Shown here: positions 7,994-18,153 of the stretch, piece by piece
Layout: every line of letters starts with the position of its first letter
Position numbering within the stretch: position 1 is the first letter of the stretch
Source: a virus
Taxonomy: Duplodnaviria > Caudoviricetes
Length of the DNA: 64,000 bases
Virus record (IMG/VR): IMGVR_UViG_3300006922_000005
Direction: 5' to 3' (one strand)
Made by a program: the position numbers and the translations under genes
The notes under the pieces: generated by a model
Seen by the model: the letters and a program-made list of their open reading frames with translations, nothing else
What the model was told of the DNA's origin: nothing
Databases searched by the model: none

Positions 7994-8669
7994 TTTGAGC
8001 CTCCTTGATAATTTCTTTAGTTAATTCTACATCGACAGGTTTTGCTTTAAACTGTCTTGTCCAAAACGGAACATCTAATGCTGGCTCAACTATTGCTAGT
8101 TGTTCGTCATTAAAGTTTTGCAACATTGCTTGTCCTGTTTTTGAATTCAGTAATATCCAAGGACTAATCAGTCCATTTCTAATATCATTTACAGCACGAT
8201 TAATACCACAATATCTAAAGTAGTCGTTGTACTGTGCGTCTTGTTTGTCTGCCCATTCCATCATTGTTTTTACACTACGTTCAAGTGCAGATTCAGTTGG
8301 TTCTATTTTAATCATTTCAAACATATACTTATCATACAGTTCGTCACGACACCAATGATCTAATTTTACATTTGATTTAATAACAAAGTCAATAAACTTT
8401 TCTGGATACAACGGATTAATGTTTGTAACAAAACTACCAAACTTTACAAATGCATTGTAGTAACTACTCTTACAAAACTCTGCATATGTTTTCTCTTTGC
8501 TTCGTTGTACTAATACATAAAACTTATTAAATGCTAAGAATCCTACTTGTACACGCTTCTCGTCTTTTTGTAAGTATCGACGTTTGGGCTCACACATATG
8601 CGCCATCAGAGTTTTTTCTTTTTGAAAACTCTTACCGCAGTGTACACATTTGAATTCTTTATTTTGCAT
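7986..8669 (-). CDS. zinc-finger protein (C-x2-C-x12-H-x-C)
   Basis: FKCVHCGKSFQKEKTLMAHMC at N-terminus; start moved to ATG 8669 to minimise overlap. Confidence 0.7.
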   Translation of the reverse strand: MQNKEFKCVHCGKSFQKEKTLMAHMCEPKRRYLQKDEKRVQVGFLAFNKFYVLVQRSKEKTYAEFCKSSYYNAFVKFGSFVTNINPLYPEKFIDFVIKSNVKLDHWCRDELYDKYMFEMIKIEPTESALERSVKTMMEWADKQDAQYNDYFRYCGINRAVNDIRNGLISPWILLNSKTGQAMLQNFNDEQLAIVEPALDVPFWTRQFKAKPVDVELTKEIIKEAQID

Positions 8670-9111
8670 TTGGATCATGGTCTTTAATGTATTGGCTTTG
8701 TTCCTTCTTTGACATAATACTTGATAATAATTCTGCATCATCTAACTTCATATTTGGATTTTTATCTAACAATGTTTGTGTAAATTTGTTCTTTGCTTGT
8801 TTCTTAGGAGCCGCTTGATATGTATGAAAGAAGTTTTCATATGCTCCACACATTGCCATTAGTTTCCATAACAAGCCTTTATGATTCTTACTTAATGACC
8901 AATGATGTTTATTAACAAATTCATTACACATTTCTAAATAGTGTTCTTGAAAAAATGTATCACCCTTAACACTACTTACATAACGCATAGCAATAAACGG
9001 AGCAAATAACTTTTTATCGTCATCGCTGAGTCTGTTGTACCAATCTTTGTCACGACGGTCAACTGCACCTAACATTGCTTTTAAATCTAAAAACTTTTTC
9101 TTCTGTGCCAT
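8659..9111 (-). CDS. putative clamp-loader small subunit (T4 gp62-like)
   Basis: size, replication context, APFIAMRYVS...NEFVNKHHW pattern. Confidence 0.5.
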   Translation of the reverse strand: MAQKKKFLDLKAMLGAVDRRDKDWYNRLSDDDKKLFAPFIAMRYVSSVKGDTFFQEHYLEMCNEFVNKHHWSLSKNHKGLLWKLMAMCGAYENFFHTYQAAPKKQAKNKFTQTLLDKNPNMKLDDAELLSSIMSKKEQSQYIKDHDPNAK

Positions 9112-9335
9112 TAATTTTCCTCTATGCTTATGTTGTATACTAGTTTAACTTCTTTTAATAAATTTTGCAAGGTTTTATTTCCATCTTCGGCTAATTCTTG
9201 TATTTCATGAAACTCATATTCTGTAATGTGCCATTCTGGAAATACAGGTTTCTCAATACATATACGCTCACCTGAATCTGTATCTCGTTCGTACACAGTT
9301 TTGCCTCCGTCCGGTGATTCGTATATCTTTACCAT
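9111..9335 (-). CDS. hypothetical protein
   Basis: IYESPDGGKTVY motif typical of small phage proteins. Confidence 0.6.
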   Translation of the reverse strand: MVKIYESPDGGKTVYERDTDSGERICIEKPVFPEWHITEYEFHEIQELAEDGNKTLQNLLKEVKLVYNISIEEN

Positions 9336-10043
9336 CTAATCCTTTAATAGTCTCTTCTTCATATCTCTATAAGCATTTACAAATTTACTTTTTATATTAA
9401 GTTCATTCATTCTATAAACTTCTTTTAGTTCATCTGTATTTTCACTTACGTTAAGTTTCCATTCATCTCTTTTAACAGGCATGTACATACACAACGGTGT
9501 TCCTCTTTCTAGTGTGTATCTACCATAACCTTTCATAGCCATTTGTTGATTCATTGCATGATGTATGTCACTGTATATTGCTCCAGGTAATACATCAAAC
9601 GGCTGATCGTAGTGATAAAACATTGGTAGTTGAAGTACATTATATCCCGGAGGAGTCTTTACTTTCCATGGACAAACTGCCTTTAATACAAACTTATAGT
9701 CTGTGTTTACATGTTCTAAAAACTGATTCTTATGATGTCCTTCGAATATAAACTCTGGGTTACTTGCTTTATATCTAAAACCTTGTTCTTGTATTTCAAC
9801 TTCTAAGTCACACCATAAAGGTACAACAAACGCATTAGCAAACATGTCAACTATAGCAGGACATCTTTTAAATGTTCCTTGGTCTTCTACACGAGGATCA
9901 CCAACTCCGCTAAATTGTGGCATCTTCTTAAACCAACTAGGCAAGTATTCGTTAGCACGTTTAATAGGTACTATCTTTTCCACTCCGTCAACTACACTCC
10001 AAAAAGTGATTTCAGTATCATTGTTGGTTTTAAAATTTAACAT
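9336..10043 (-). CDS. hypothetical protein, paralog of 45814-46539
   Basis: shared KRCP/KKCP, PWxxxTPPG(Y/W), PG/SG-I motifs. Confidence 0.7.
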   Translation of the reverse strand: MLNFKTNNDTEITFWSVVDGVEKIVPIKRANEYLPSWFKKMPQFSGVGDPRVEDQGTFKRCPAIVDMFANAFVVPLWCDLEVEIQEQGFRYKASNPEFIFEGHHKNQFLEHVNTDYKFVLKAVCPWKVKTPPGYNVLQLPMFYHYDQPFDVLPGAIYSDIHHAMNQQMAMKGYGRYTLERGTPLCMYMPVKRDEWKLNVSENTDELKEVYRMNELNIKSKFVNAYRDMKKRLLKD

Positions 10044-10402
10044 TACTTAATTTGTGTACCTACTGTTCGTCTTACAATGTCATCGTGATTAAACTCTGCC
10101 CAGTACAATTCAAATGCAACACCATCTTCTAAGCCTTCAAACTGATGTATCTTGCCTGGCTTCACTTGTGTAAATTGTCCTGCTTCAAGAATAGTTTCAT
10201 CAACTAGTCCTTCTTGATCAGCATCTTGCCATACACGTACAATCATCTTTCCTGACTCTACATAGAAGCCATTCCACTTGTAACGATGCTCATGTTCTGA
10301 ACACTTAAAACCTTTTTTGTATTCAATACGGTGAAACTCTAGTACACCGTTTGCGTGAATCAATTCTGTTTGACCCCAAATTTTTCCTGCTTTCATTGTC
10401 AT
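10043..10402 (-). CDS. cupin domain protein
   Basis: KIWG...CSEHEH...FYVESG...PGKIHQF. Confidence 0.8.
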   Translation of the reverse strand: MTMKAGKIWGQTELIHANGVLEFHRIEYKKGFKCSEHEHRYKWNGFYVESGKMIVRVWQDADQEGLVDETILEAGQFTQVKPGKIHQFEGLEDGVAFELYWAEFNHDDIVRRTVGTQIK

Positions 10403-10419
10403 ATCGTCCTTTCTCCTTA

Positions 10420-10923
10420 TTACCAGACTAAACTAAAATCAATTAGTTCACTTTGTCTACTTACTTCCTTTACAAAAAAAGCACAGTTTGGATCTTTCTT
10501 TTTTTGTATTGGTGTTGTTAATAACTGTCCATTTTTAAGTTTTGGAAAATAAAACTTTACATCTTGATAAACGTTAATAACGTCTACTGGAAGAAAATTA
10601 GGACGGTTACTTGTTAGTGGATTAAAGCAAAACGCTTCAAACCCTCTATCATTTAAACTTGTTAACGGAAGTACTTCTAAGTCACCCACTTCTGAGTTAC
10701 CTACCACCATACTCCATTCTAGTGGCATCTGTACTTGATGTTCTCCTACCTGCAAAACTACAGCCGGTGAACTAAAACTTTCTAAATAAATTAAAGGTAC
10801 AAAAAAGTAATCCGGATCTTTAGGATCTGAATTGTCTAATACGCTGTATCTAATGTCTTTGTCTATTTCTTTAGGCAAAGTGTTTAGATCAAAGTATTCG
10901 TTATCTAATGTTAATATTTGCAT
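10420..10923 (-). CDS. hypothetical protein
   Basis: 167-aa ORF with SD (AGGAG). Confidence 0.7.
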   Translation of the reverse strand: MQILTLDNEYFDLNTLPKEIDKDIRYSVLDNSDPKDPDYFFVPLIYLESFSSPAVVLQVGEHQVQMPLEWSMVVGNSEVGDLEVLPLTSLNDRGFEAFCFNPLTSNRPNFLPVDVINVYQDVKFYFPKLKNGQLLTTPIQKKKDPNCAFFVKEVSRQSELIDFSLVW

Positions 10924-10931
10924 TTGTTCTC

Positions 10932-12392
10932 CTAGTCAATGGCTATCTTTTCAATAGTGAAAGGATAGTTTGCTTCTTTATAATATTTTTTTCTTTGTGT
11001 TAGGTGTCGCTTCGCAAATTTACATCTGCTTGTTATATCCCAAATTTGCACGAAATCTTTGTCTTCTGCCTTTCTAACGCCTCTGCCAATAGACTGAATG
11101 ACGCGAACAAAAGACTTACCAGGCTCAATAAGAACCAAGTTAAAAATGCGAGGGATATTAATACCAACCGCGGCAACTCCATAAGTAGCAATAATAATTT
11201 TATTGGTACTATCTTTAATGGAATCATAATGTTCCTTTCTGTCGGCTCCTTTAGTTTCTCCTGATACAAACACGGAACCTTCTAGTCTTTCTTCTAGCAT
11301 TTTACCTGCTGAAATACGGTCAACTAAAATTAATGTATTGCCGGAGTCTTTTACTTTGTTTAATAGTTTTGCCATCCAATCAATTCGATGCTCACTAGTA
11401 ACCAAATATTTTAATTCTTCTTGATAGTTACCAAATACCTGTGTGTCATCTGTTTGTACAATGTTCACATGACACTCTGCTAGTACACCTTTTTGTTGCA
11501 AGTCGTGTGCTGATATATGATTAATAACTTCTCCTAGTCCTGCTTTAATACCTTGAAACTCAAACTGTTCTTTTGGTATTGTACCTGTTAGTCCCCAACG
11601 TATAGGAACATGTGCAAAGTTTTGTGTAAGCAAATTCTTAAGAACATCTGCTTTTGCTTGGTGTACTTCGTCAACAATAACACATCTTACATCTTCTAAA
11701 AATTCTGTTAGTGTAAGTTTTGCTTCATGGTTCTTTGACTTCTTATCTAATACATTAAGACTCTGCCATGTAATAATAGTATGCTTATGTCCTAGTTCTT
11801 TTCTATCACCAAAATATACACCTACATCTAATCCACAGTTAATATAATCTTCTTCTGTTTGTGTTACAAGTGACTTATTAGGAACAATAATAATACTGTT
11901 ACCATACGGCTCACATATTTTACTTAATGTTGCAGTGATAATAGTTTTACCTGCACCTGTTGCAACTTCCTGTAAACTTTGTGGATTGCCAATAAAGTTG
12001 TTGATAACCTCTACTTGATAATCACGTAATACAATTGGTTGCCCTTCTGCTACATGTCCTTCTGGCCATACTGCACCTTGATCTTTCCAATAGTCTTCTG
12101 TGATGTTTGTAAAGTTTAATTGTGTAGGGTCTCGCTGATCTTCAACTTCAACATACCAACCTTTTTGTTCTAATAAAGGTAATGCATCTTCAAGCATACT
12201 AACATATGTAGTTCCGCCTAGTCCAAAGAAACTAACTTTGCCATCCCAGCGTCCTAATTTATATGCTGGCAGATAACGAGCATACGGAATGTCATACTTG
12301 AACTTGTTAGTTAATGTCTTACGCATTTCTAAATCAAGTCCTTCAAACTTAACGTTTACTTCGTCTTTAATTATTAATTTACATGTCGGCAC
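10932..12392 (-). CDS. uvsW: SF2 DNA helicase (UvsW-like)
   Basis: LRDYQ, ATGAGKT, DEVHQ, GLTGT, IQSIGRGVR. Confidence 0.9.
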   Translation of the reverse strand: MPTCKLIIKDEVNVKFEGLDLEMRKTLTNKFKYDIPYARYLPAYKLGRWDGKVSFFGLGGTTYVSMLEDALPLLEQKGWYVEVEDQRDPTQLNFTNITEDYWKDQGAVWPEGHVAEGQPIVLRDYQVEVINNFIGNPQSLQEVATGAGKTIITATLSKICEPYGNSIIIVPNKSLVTQTEEDYINCGLDVGVYFGDRKELGHKHTIITWQSLNVLDKKSKNHEAKLTLTEFLEDVRCVIVDEVHQAKADVLKNLLTQNFAHVPIRWGLTGTIPKEQFEFQGIKAGLGEVINHISAHDLQQKGVLAECHVNIVQTDDTQVFGNYQEELKYLVTSEHRIDWMAKLLNKVKDSGNTLILVDRISAGKMLEERLEGSVFVSGETKGADRKEHYDSIKDSTNKIIIATYGVAAVGINIPRIFNLVLIEPGKSFVRVIQSIGRGVRKAEDKDFVQIWDITSRCKFAKRHLTQRKKYYKEANYPFTIEKIAID

Positions 12393-13572
12393 AGTTGTCT
12401 ACTCCACTTGGTTTGGAACTAGTATAATATATAACGTTAGGTTTACTTTCTAACCAAGCCTGTGTTTTATAATGGCTAGGTTGTGTAGGAAGCAAACTAA
12501 AAATTAGTTGCGGATCAATATCATTACTTAACAACGGCTTAGGAATCTTTTCATTAATAATAAAAATTTTCTTATTAGGAGCAAATGAGTTTACACCCTT
12601 GTTCTTAATAAATTTATTACCTTCAAAATAATCCTTGTTTTTAGTAAACCTAAACATAACACAAACGTCATCGCCTGTATAACCATTATCAAATAAGTTG
12701 TCTACAACAGTTTGTAACTGTTCTATACTATTACTACTACACATAATTATACACTGATCTACGGTATTAAGCAATGAAAATATATCCAAATAGGGTATTA
12801 AGTTTGAATTAATAAACCATTTTTGACTATCCCCTAATAACATTTTATCCAAAGGTTTCTTTGGTTTCATGCTTTCAACAACACTATCATCAAACACATT
12901 ACACCCTAGTAACTTCGATTGCATTACTGCACGTCTTGGGTCGTTTACTTCAATTACATTATTGTTATAAACATATCCATTTGTTTCTTTAGTTAACATA
13001 GGATAATGATCTAATGCATTCTTTTTAAGTTCAATAATACTTTGGTAATCATCTTTTATTTTTTGATCTATATTAAAGTTCATTCCTTTAATTAGATTAA
13101 CCATAAATTCAACATTAGGCTCATTGTAATCAAATGCCCATTCTTTAGATTCTGCTTGATATATTCCTTTATAGTAACTAGGTGTTTTTCTTTTTTTAAC
13201 TTTGTTTACAATGTCAGCAATAAACGGGCTCTTTAGTACAATTTGTTCTCCGTCAATATATAAACTTTTAGTTCTATCAATAGTTCTAAAAGGCCACTTG
13301 AATGTTTGCTTATCAAGTATTGTTTCCGGATCAAACCCAGTACGTGCTAATAACGAACTGTATTTTTTAACAATACGTAATCCAATATAACTTTGCTTTT
13401 GTGTAAATGGACTATTTGAACCTAACTGCTTACCTAAACTTTTTACAATAGCATAATCATATTGATCAATAGATACTTCGTCTCCAAAAATGTAATTACC
13501 TTCTCCAGAAAGATACATAATACATTCTTCGATATTCTGATCGGTGGCTGGTAAAGTTTCACCCATATTCAT
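12379..13572 (-). CDS. hypothetical protein
   Basis: 397-aa ORF downstream of a sigma70-like promoter. Confidence 0.7.
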   Translation of the reverse strand: MNMGETLPATDQNIEECIMYLSGEGNYIFGDEVSIDQYDYAIVKSLGKQLGSNSPFTQKQSYIGLRIVKKYSSLLARTGFDPETILDKQTFKWPFRTIDRTKSLYIDGEQIVLKSPFIADIVNKVKKRKTPSYYKGIYQAESKEWAFDYNEPNVEFMVNLIKGMNFNIDQKIKDDYQSIIELKKNALDHYPMLTKETNGYVYNNNVIEVNDPRRAVMQSKLLGCNVFDDSVVESMKPKKPLDKMLLGDSQKWFINSNLIPYLDIFSLLNTVDQCIIMCSSNSIEQLQTVVDNLFDNGYTGDDVCVMFRFTKNKDYFEGNKFIKNKGVNSFAPNKKIFIINEKIPKPLLSNDIDPQLIFSLLPTQPSHYKTQAWLESKPNVIYYTSSKPSGVDNCADM

Positions 13573-13595
13573 TCTAATCCTTAAGTTATGTAAGT

Positions 13596-13624
13596 ATTAT
13601 AACACGATTATGTGTTTTGAGCAA
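13596..13624 (-). promoter_or_regulatory. sigma70-like promoter
   Basis: TTGCTC-17 bp-TATAAT. Confidence 0.6.
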
Positions 13625-14537
13625 GAACTAATTTCTCTAATCTAGGAAGTAATCTTACCAATGGCAAGCCGTCTGCTATTTCATCAATAAAATATTCAGT
13701 GTATAGTAAGTTATTAAACCAAATTAATCGATCAGGTTTATGTAGATCTTCAATCCTACTATAGTCTTTATTTGACACATCATATGCTAAACTTTCTTTT
13801 CCTACAAACACAGGAACACCTGCTACAACTGCTTGAAGTCCAGGATTGCTACTATGACTAATAACACAATGGGCACCGTCTAAAGCCGCATCAAAATCAA
13901 ATTCATCATATGTTTGTTGATATCGTTTTGGATATTGTAAATCTACATTTTTGTAATTAAAGTTAAGTTGTCGAATAGTACTAGGATCAATTGGACTACG
14001 AGGGTGTGGTCTTATTTTTATATCTCTGTTAGTATGTTTTCTTATCTGTTTGATCTGTTCTTCTAGCCACTGGTCAACTGGAGGCATAGATCGCCATTGA
14101 TGACTTTTGTTGTGCTGTGTACATATCAATATGTATTTGTTGTTTGCTGTTTCTCTCCATGGTTGTAAGTCTAAGTCAAACTTCTTTTGTCTAAACTTAC
14201 TAGCATTCCTCAACCAATTGTTAACACTACTTTTGGATCCTTCACCAAAGTACGCTTCTCTATTAATACCGTCAATAGCAACTTTCCAACTTTGGTTACG
14301 TTGCAGTCCGCCGACTTCTAGTACAATTATAGGTTTATTATTTGCCTTACAATGATCCCATACTTCTTTGTTTCTAGCCATACGACCATTCCACAACACT
14401 GACCATATAACAGCAACATTACACATATTAATATTCTTAGTCCATGGTACACCTGCTTTATCAAGACTAGATTGGAAAGCACCAAACACAGGTCCTGAAT
14501 TCATTGCACCAAACTCGTTAAACATTCCGAAGATCAT
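13608..14537 (-). CDS. capsule-synthesis (KpsS/KpsC-like) GT-B glycosyltransferase-like protein
   Basis: IKIRPHP...VISHSSNPGLQAVVAGVPVF. Confidence 0.7.
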   Translation of the reverse strand: MIFGMFNEFGAMNSGPVFGAFQSSLDKAGVPWTKNINMCNVAVIWSVLWNGRMARNKEVWDHCKANNKPIIVLEVGGLQRNQSWKVAIDGINREAYFGEGSKSSVNNWLRNASKFRQKKFDLDLQPWRETANNKYILICTQHNKSHQWRSMPPVDQWLEEQIKQIRKHTNRDIKIRPHPRSPIDPSTIRQLNFNYKNVDLQYPKRYQQTYDEFDFDAALDGAHCVISHSSNPGLQAVVAGVPVFVGKESLAYDVSNKDYSRIEDLHKPDRLIWFNNLLYTEYFIDEIADGLPLVRLLPRLEKLVLAQNT

Positions 14538-14596
14538 TTGTCACTTATCCTATTAAACTAAATATACGCATATAATGTTATTTATGGAGTTTATAT

Positions 14597-15430
14597 ATGT
14601 CACGCAAATTTGCTGTATTAACAACCTTTAATCAAAAAGGTTTACAACTATACGGTCAACGAATGATCAATAGTTTTGATGATCGAATGCCCCGAGAGAT
14701 TGATTTGTACATCTATGCAGAAAGATGTTTACCAATAAACCGTAAAACAAAAAGAGTTATTAATATATTAGATCACGAGAAAACTTTACCTGCTATGGTA
14801 GAATTTAAAAAGAAGTATATTGGTGATCCTAGAGCAACAGGACAAGGTCCAGATGGTAAAAGACTAGATGCTAAAAAAGCATTTAAGTGGGACGCTATTA
14901 AGTTTTGTAATAAAGTTTATGCAGTGTGCGATGCCGCAAGACGAGCAAAAGAAGATGGTGTAGATGTACTATTATGGATGGATGCAGACAGTTACGTACA
15001 TACTCCAATGCCTTTAAACTTCTTAGAAAAGTTTGTTCCTGAACATGTGTTTACTTGCTTTTTAGGTAGAGGACCAAAATATACTGAATGTGGTTGGTAC
15101 ACACTAAACTTAAATCATGAACACTGTGACAAGTTTATAGATGAATTTCAACGTATGTATGACGATGCTGAAAACGGTATCTTTAAAGAAAAAGAATGGC
15201 ACGACAGTTACATTTATGATGTAGTTAGACGTTGGCATGAAACTACATATAACGTAACAAACAAAGATATATCAAGCGGAATACAAGGTGAAGGACACCC
15301 ACTTATTAATAGTGAACTAGGACAATTTTTTGATCATATGAAAGGCGATGATCGCAAACGCCAAGGTCAAAGCAAACGCAAAGATTTAAAAATACAAAGA
15401 CATGAAGACTACTGGAAGAGTGTAAGATGA
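14597..15430 (+). CDS. GT-A fold glycosyltransferase
   Basis: WMDADS (DxD), EWHDSYIYD, HMKG; paralog of 20665-21525. Confidence 0.75.
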   Translation: MSRKFAVLTTFNQKGLQLYGQRMINSFDDRMPREIDLYIYAERCLPINRKTKRVINILDHEKTLPAMVEFKKKYIGDPRATGQGPDGKRLDAKKAFKWDAIKFCNKVYAVCDAARRAKEDGVDVLLWMDADSYVHTPMPLNFLEKFVPEHVFTCFLGRGPKYTECGWYTLNLNHEHCDKFIDEFQRMYDDAENGIFKEKEWHDSYIYDVVRRWHETTYNVTNKDISSGIQGEGHPLINSELGQFFDHMKGDDRKRQGQSKRKDLKIQRHEDYWKSVR

Positions 15431-16002
15431 AGAGCCCATTAATAGATAATTTTTATAGAATATTTGATGTAGTAAGGCCAGCATCGATATGTGAAATAGG
15501 AACACACGATGGTAAGAGTGCAAAACAGATGTGCGAGTATCTTTTAGAACTAGGCATAGATGTTAACTACACAGGTTACGATTTGTTTGAAGAAGCAAAC
15601 GATGAAACACATAAGATTGGACACAATGGTAAAGGAACTGGTAGATTGAGTATTGCTACTGCAAAGTTACAATCAGTACGTGAAAAATATCCTACAAGAT
15701 TTAATTATATATTACACAAAGGCGATAGTACTAAAATTTTAAACACACCACAAAAATATGACTTTGCTTTTATTGATGGTGGACATAATTACGAAATTGT
15801 AAAGCATGATTATTCTATGTTAAGTGAAACTCCAGTTGTTATTTTTGATGATTATATTATTAAAGGTGTAGCAGAAGCAGTTGACGAAATAGATAATGTA
15901 TGGCAAATAGATACAAAATGTAAACGTAATAAACGCAAACAAGCAGTACGATTTTTAGATAGTAGTATTGTTGATAAACTTGCACAAGGAGTTATAAAAT
16001 GA
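15427..16002 (+). CDS. class I SAM-dependent methyltransferase (Methyltransf_24-like)
   Basis: EIGTHDGKS, FAFIDGGH, VIFDDY. Confidence 0.85.
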   Translation: MKSPLIDNFYRIFDVVRPASICEIGTHDGKSAKQMCEYLLELGIDVNYTGYDLFEEANDETHKIGHNGKGTGRLSIATAKLQSVREKYPTRFNYILHKGDSTKILNTPQKYDFAFIDGGHNYEIVKHDYSMLSETPVVIFDDYIIKGVAEAVDEIDNVWQIDTKCKRNKRKQAVRFLDSSIVDKLAQGVIK

Positions 16003-16562
16003 GTTTACCCGAACACCTAGGTGGACACAAAAATAGAACACACTTGGACAACGGATCATTAGATCATTGTATTAAAACATTTAACATCAAATCAATGTTA
16101 GACATTGGTTGTGGTCCAGGTGGAATGGTAGAACTTGCTAAAAGCAAAGGTTTAAAAGCATACGGAATTGACGGAGACTTTGAAGTTAAGCGTTCTAAAA
16201 AAGTATCTAAGTTTATAACAATACACGATTACGAAACAGGTCCAAGTTCATTAGATGTTGATGTGGACTTAATATGGTCAGTAGAGTTTTTAGAACATGT
16301 TTGGGAAAAGTATCAAGACAACTATATGAAAGACTTTCAACGTGGTAAGTTTGTTATTTGTACATTTAGTGAAAAGAACGGACACCATCATGTTAATCTA
16401 AAACCAGCATCATATTGGATAGACGTTTTTAAAGATTACGGTTTTAGTCACGATGCTGACATGACAAAAACAATTAGAGAAGTTACTACATTAAATATTA
16501 CAGGAAAATTTGCACACAAACCCTTTGTTAAGACTCATGGATTGTGTTTTGTTCGAAACTAG
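15999..16562 (+). CDS. class I SAM-dependent methyltransferase
   Basis: LDIGCGPG, SVEFLEHV. Confidence 0.85.
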   Translation: MSLPEHLGGHKNRTHLDNGSLDHCIKTFNIKSMLDIGCGPGGMVELAKSKGLKAYGIDGDFEVKRSKKVSKFITIHDYETGPSSLDVDVDLIWSVEFLEHVWEKYQDNYMKDFQRGKFVICTFSEKNGHHHVNLKPASYWIDVFKDYGFSHDADMTKTIREVTTLNITGKFAHKPFVKTHGLCFVRN

Positions 16563-17218
16563 TTTGTTACAATAATACTAGTTTGACAATGATTGCTTCT
16601 AGATAAAATATCAAACGATCTGTTATACTTTTTAATCCATTTGCCTAATGCTTTGTATTCATGCTCTTTCCAAGTAGTGAACCATTTTTTATTTGTCCAT
16701 GGATAAAATTCATCAAACACTATTACTGTACCTTTGTTTATTTTTGAATTTAAGCAATCAAATATTGTTTTAGCACTACTATATAAGTCACTGTCTACAT
16801 GTAAAAAACTTATATTGTCAAAGTTATTTGATTCTATAAAAGCAGGTAATGATGTATCAAACCAACCTTGAATTAGTTCAACATTCTTTTTTACTTTTGG
16901 AAACTTCTTAACTCCGTCAGGTCTACTAAAGTGTCCTGCTTTGATTGTTTTCGTTTTATTAAGTTGCCATTCTTCAGGTAGTCCTTCAAAACTATCAAAG
17001 CCGTATATAGTTTGATTAGGTAATGCTTTTGCAATATGATTTATTGTAGTTCCCCTACTAACGCCAAATTCTAACACAAGTCCATTAGTGTTGATGTGTG
17101 CAAGTGCATTATCTAAATTACTTAATCTTGCATCACCTTTCCAATGTAGTTCAGGATACTTTGATTCTACAACCATAGTATTATGAAACTTTTCGATGTT
17201 ATAATCTGTTGAATCCAT
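16559..17218 (-). CDS. TylF/MycF-like O-methyltransferase
   Basis: LEFGV, GFDSFEGLP, LHVDSDLYSS, IVFDEF; start at TAATG overlap 17218. Confidence 0.85.
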   Translation of the reverse strand: MDSTDYNIEKFHNTMVVESKYPELHWKGDARLSNLDNALAHINTNGLVLEFGVSRGTTINHIAKALPNQTIYGFDSFEGLPEEWQLNKTKTIKAGHFSRPDGVKKFPKVKKNVELIQGWFDTSLPAFIESNNFDNISFLHVDSDLYSSAKTIFDCLNSKINKGTVIVFDEFYPWTNKKWFTTWKEHEYKALGKWIKKYNRSFDILSRSNHCQTSIIVTN

Positions 17219-18153
17219 TATACATATTTTCTCATATGTTCCCATGCTTCGCCCGATGTTAGTTCATCAAAGTTCCAATGACACATGCTTAACTTTTGTA
17301 ACCATAATTCTCTATCAAATACGTCTGGCATTTCAATATTTGCAATATCACTATTACAAACATCTTGTGCTTGGCAATCAATAGGATCATCTACAAATAC
17401 AGGTATTCCTTCTATTGCACTTGCAACTGCCGGAGAACTATTATAAACTACTGTACACCAAGCATTGTTTAAGTCCATTTGTAAACTTCTATTAAGACGA
17501 TCACTTATATGTACATTATCAAGACCGTGTAGTTTATATGCTTTTTCTTTTGGATTTAAATACTTTCCTGCTCTACGATCACCTGGATGTCCTCTAATAA
17601 TAATTGGACGATCACTAAACTGTCTAATACGAGTTATAACATCTCTTGCCCAGTCTTGGTTATCTAAACCTTTCATTGACCACCCACCATTACGTTGCAA
17701 ACAAATTAAAATATGATTGCCTTGTGTTCTCCATTCTCTTGTGCGTATGCCTAAGTCTTGACTAACTTTAAGCCAACGTTTTGGATCAGGATTATCTGAA
17801 AAATAATTCCCTGTGGTAGGAAACACACCGTCCATACTATAACGCAAATAACGTTTAGTATTTTGTTTATCTAAGTATAAAAATAAATTACTGTCTACAA
17901 TAATAGTTCTACGATTACGTTTTGCTTGTTCGTCTAATACTTGTTTGCGTAATTGTAAGTGCGGAGTATGTGGACTATCTTCGTGTACGTATCCTTGTAA
18001 TACTGCAACATCACTAGGTGTGTAAAGACCGTCGTGTGCTATGCCTACATCACCGTGTACTTGTACACCTTGTACAAAACGTTTAAGAACTTCTGGCTTT
18101 TCTGGATTCTTATTACTACCAGGTATACCTTTTAGGTAACTTACAACTTTCAT
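17218..18153 (-). CDS. KpsS/KpsC-like GT-B glycosyltransferase-like protein
   Basis: IIIRGHP...VVYNSSPAVASAIEGIPVF. Confidence 0.7.
   Translation of the reverse strand: MKVVSYLKGIPGSNKNPEKPEVLKRFVQGVQVHGDVGIAHDGLYTPSDVAVLQGYVHEDSPHTPHLQLRKQVLDEQAKRNRRTIIVDSNLFLYLDKQNTKRYLRYSMDGVFPTTGNYFSDNPDPKRWLKVSQDLGIRTREWRTQGNHILICLQRNGGWSMKGLDNQDWARDVITRIRQFSDRPIIIRGHPGDRRAGKYLNPKEKAYKLHGLDNVHISDRLNRSLQMDLNNAWCTVVYNSSPAVASAIEGIPVFVDDPIDCQAQDVCNSDIANIEMPDVFDRELWLQKLSMCHWNFDELTSGEAWEHMRKYV

Noticed and set aside
10420-10923. Hint/intein-like domain
   Set aside because: No N-terminal Cys/Ser, no TxxH block and no terminal HN; left as hypothetical
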